Shown: one piece after another, positions 63,427 to 64,000 of the stretch
How positions within the stretch are numbered: position 1 is the first letter of the stretch
How the letters are laid out: every line of letters begins with the position of its first letter
IMG/VR virus record: IMGVR_UViG_3300040801_001224
Coordinates: 186,001-250,000 of that record
Reading direction: 5' to 3' (one strand)
Length of the DNA: 64,000 nucleotides
Position numbers and translations under genes: made by a program
Notes under the pieces: model-generated
Databases searched by the model: none
Seen by the model: the letters and a program-made list of their open reading frames with translations, nothing else
What the model was told of the DNA's origin: nothing

Positions 63427-64000
63427 ATGAACAAGCATTATTATTCAGAAATATTTAGAAGTCTACAAGGCGAAGGCACATACACTGGTGCTAACAGCTT
63501 GTGGATTCGTTGGTTTCATTGTAACCTACAGTGTGACGGATTTGGACAAGATGATCCCACTAATCCAGACAGTTATGAACTACCCTACAAAGACTATGAT
63601 TTGATCAACACAAAGACAGTTGAAGATTTGCCAGTATTTGACAAAGGCTGTGATAGCTCATACACATGGAGTAAAAAGTACAAGCACTTAATGGCACACG
63701 AAGATGCGGTAACTATTGTTGACAAGCTAGAAGACACACTACGTGGCCCAGGTAATCCAAATGGCACGTTCCTACATCCAGTCAGTCATCAGGAAACCCA
63801 TATGTGTTTTACCGGTGGTGAGCCCATGCTTAAAAAGAATCAATTAGCTATTGTGGAAACAATGGAAGAGTTTGCTAAAAGACGCAATGCTCCACGTTTT
63901 GTGACTGTTGAAACTAATGGTACACAGAAACTTACAGATGATATGCTCAAACTTATAGGCGGGCATAACAGTTTATTTCCTTCAGGCACTACTAGTGAAT
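63427..64000 (+). CDS. queE: QueE 7-carboxy-7-deazaguanine synthase (radical SAM), 3'-truncated
   Basis: My translation: YSEIFRSLQGEG.YTG..WIRWFHCNLQC...GCDS...CFTGGEPML...TVETNGT. Confidence 0.92.
   Translation, partial: MNKHYYSEIFRSLQGEGTYTGANSLWIRWFHCNLQCDGFGQDDPTNPDSYELPYKDYDLINTKTVEDLPVFDKGCDSSYTWSKKYKHLMAHEDAVTIVDKLEDTLRGPGNPNGTFLHPVSHQETHMCFTGGEPMLKKNQLAIVETMEEFAKRRNAPRFVTVETNGTQKLTDDMLKLIGGHNSLFPSGTTSE

Noticed and set aside
1-64000. Stop-codon reassignment (TAG/TGA recoding) as seen in some jumbo phages
   Set aside because: Conserved genes are full length in the standard code, and several end properly at TAG (clpA, polB C-half) or TGA.

Overview
A 64-kb segment of a large lytic dsDNA (jumbo, T4-superfamily-related) myophage genome. 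It is densely coding, almost entirely on the + strand, uses the standard genetic code, and has no CRISPR array or canonical tRNA. Two promoter classes are visible: near-perfect host sigma70 promoters (TTGACA-N17-TATAAT, many with a fixed CCACT spacer motif) and T4-late-like (GA)TAAATA boxes. Modules: (i) proteostasis (Hsp20, ClpS, ClpP, intein-containing ClpA, DnaJ, GroES); (ii) replication (clamp loader, sliding clamp, and a family B DNA polymerase broken into two genes by a naturally split intein with an endonuclease gene between the halves); (iii) virion fibre/structural genes at 31-46 kb and lysis genes (M15 endolysin, spanin pair, holin-like); (iv) a 7-deazaguanine cluster (TGT/DpdA-like, QueD, QueE) interleaved with a glycosyltransferase, GalE, a phosphoribosyltransferase and a HIT hydrolase; (v) host-manipulation and anti-defence candidates (Acb1-like 2H phosphoesterase, stand-alone receiver domain, degenerate GGDEF with intact I-site, secreted FG-GAP protein behind a perfect CRP box, MTase with a nuclease-like partner). 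A DUF3718-like gene hints at a marine gammaproteobacterial (Alteromonadales-type) host (inference). All calls come from motif recognition by eye; no searches were run.
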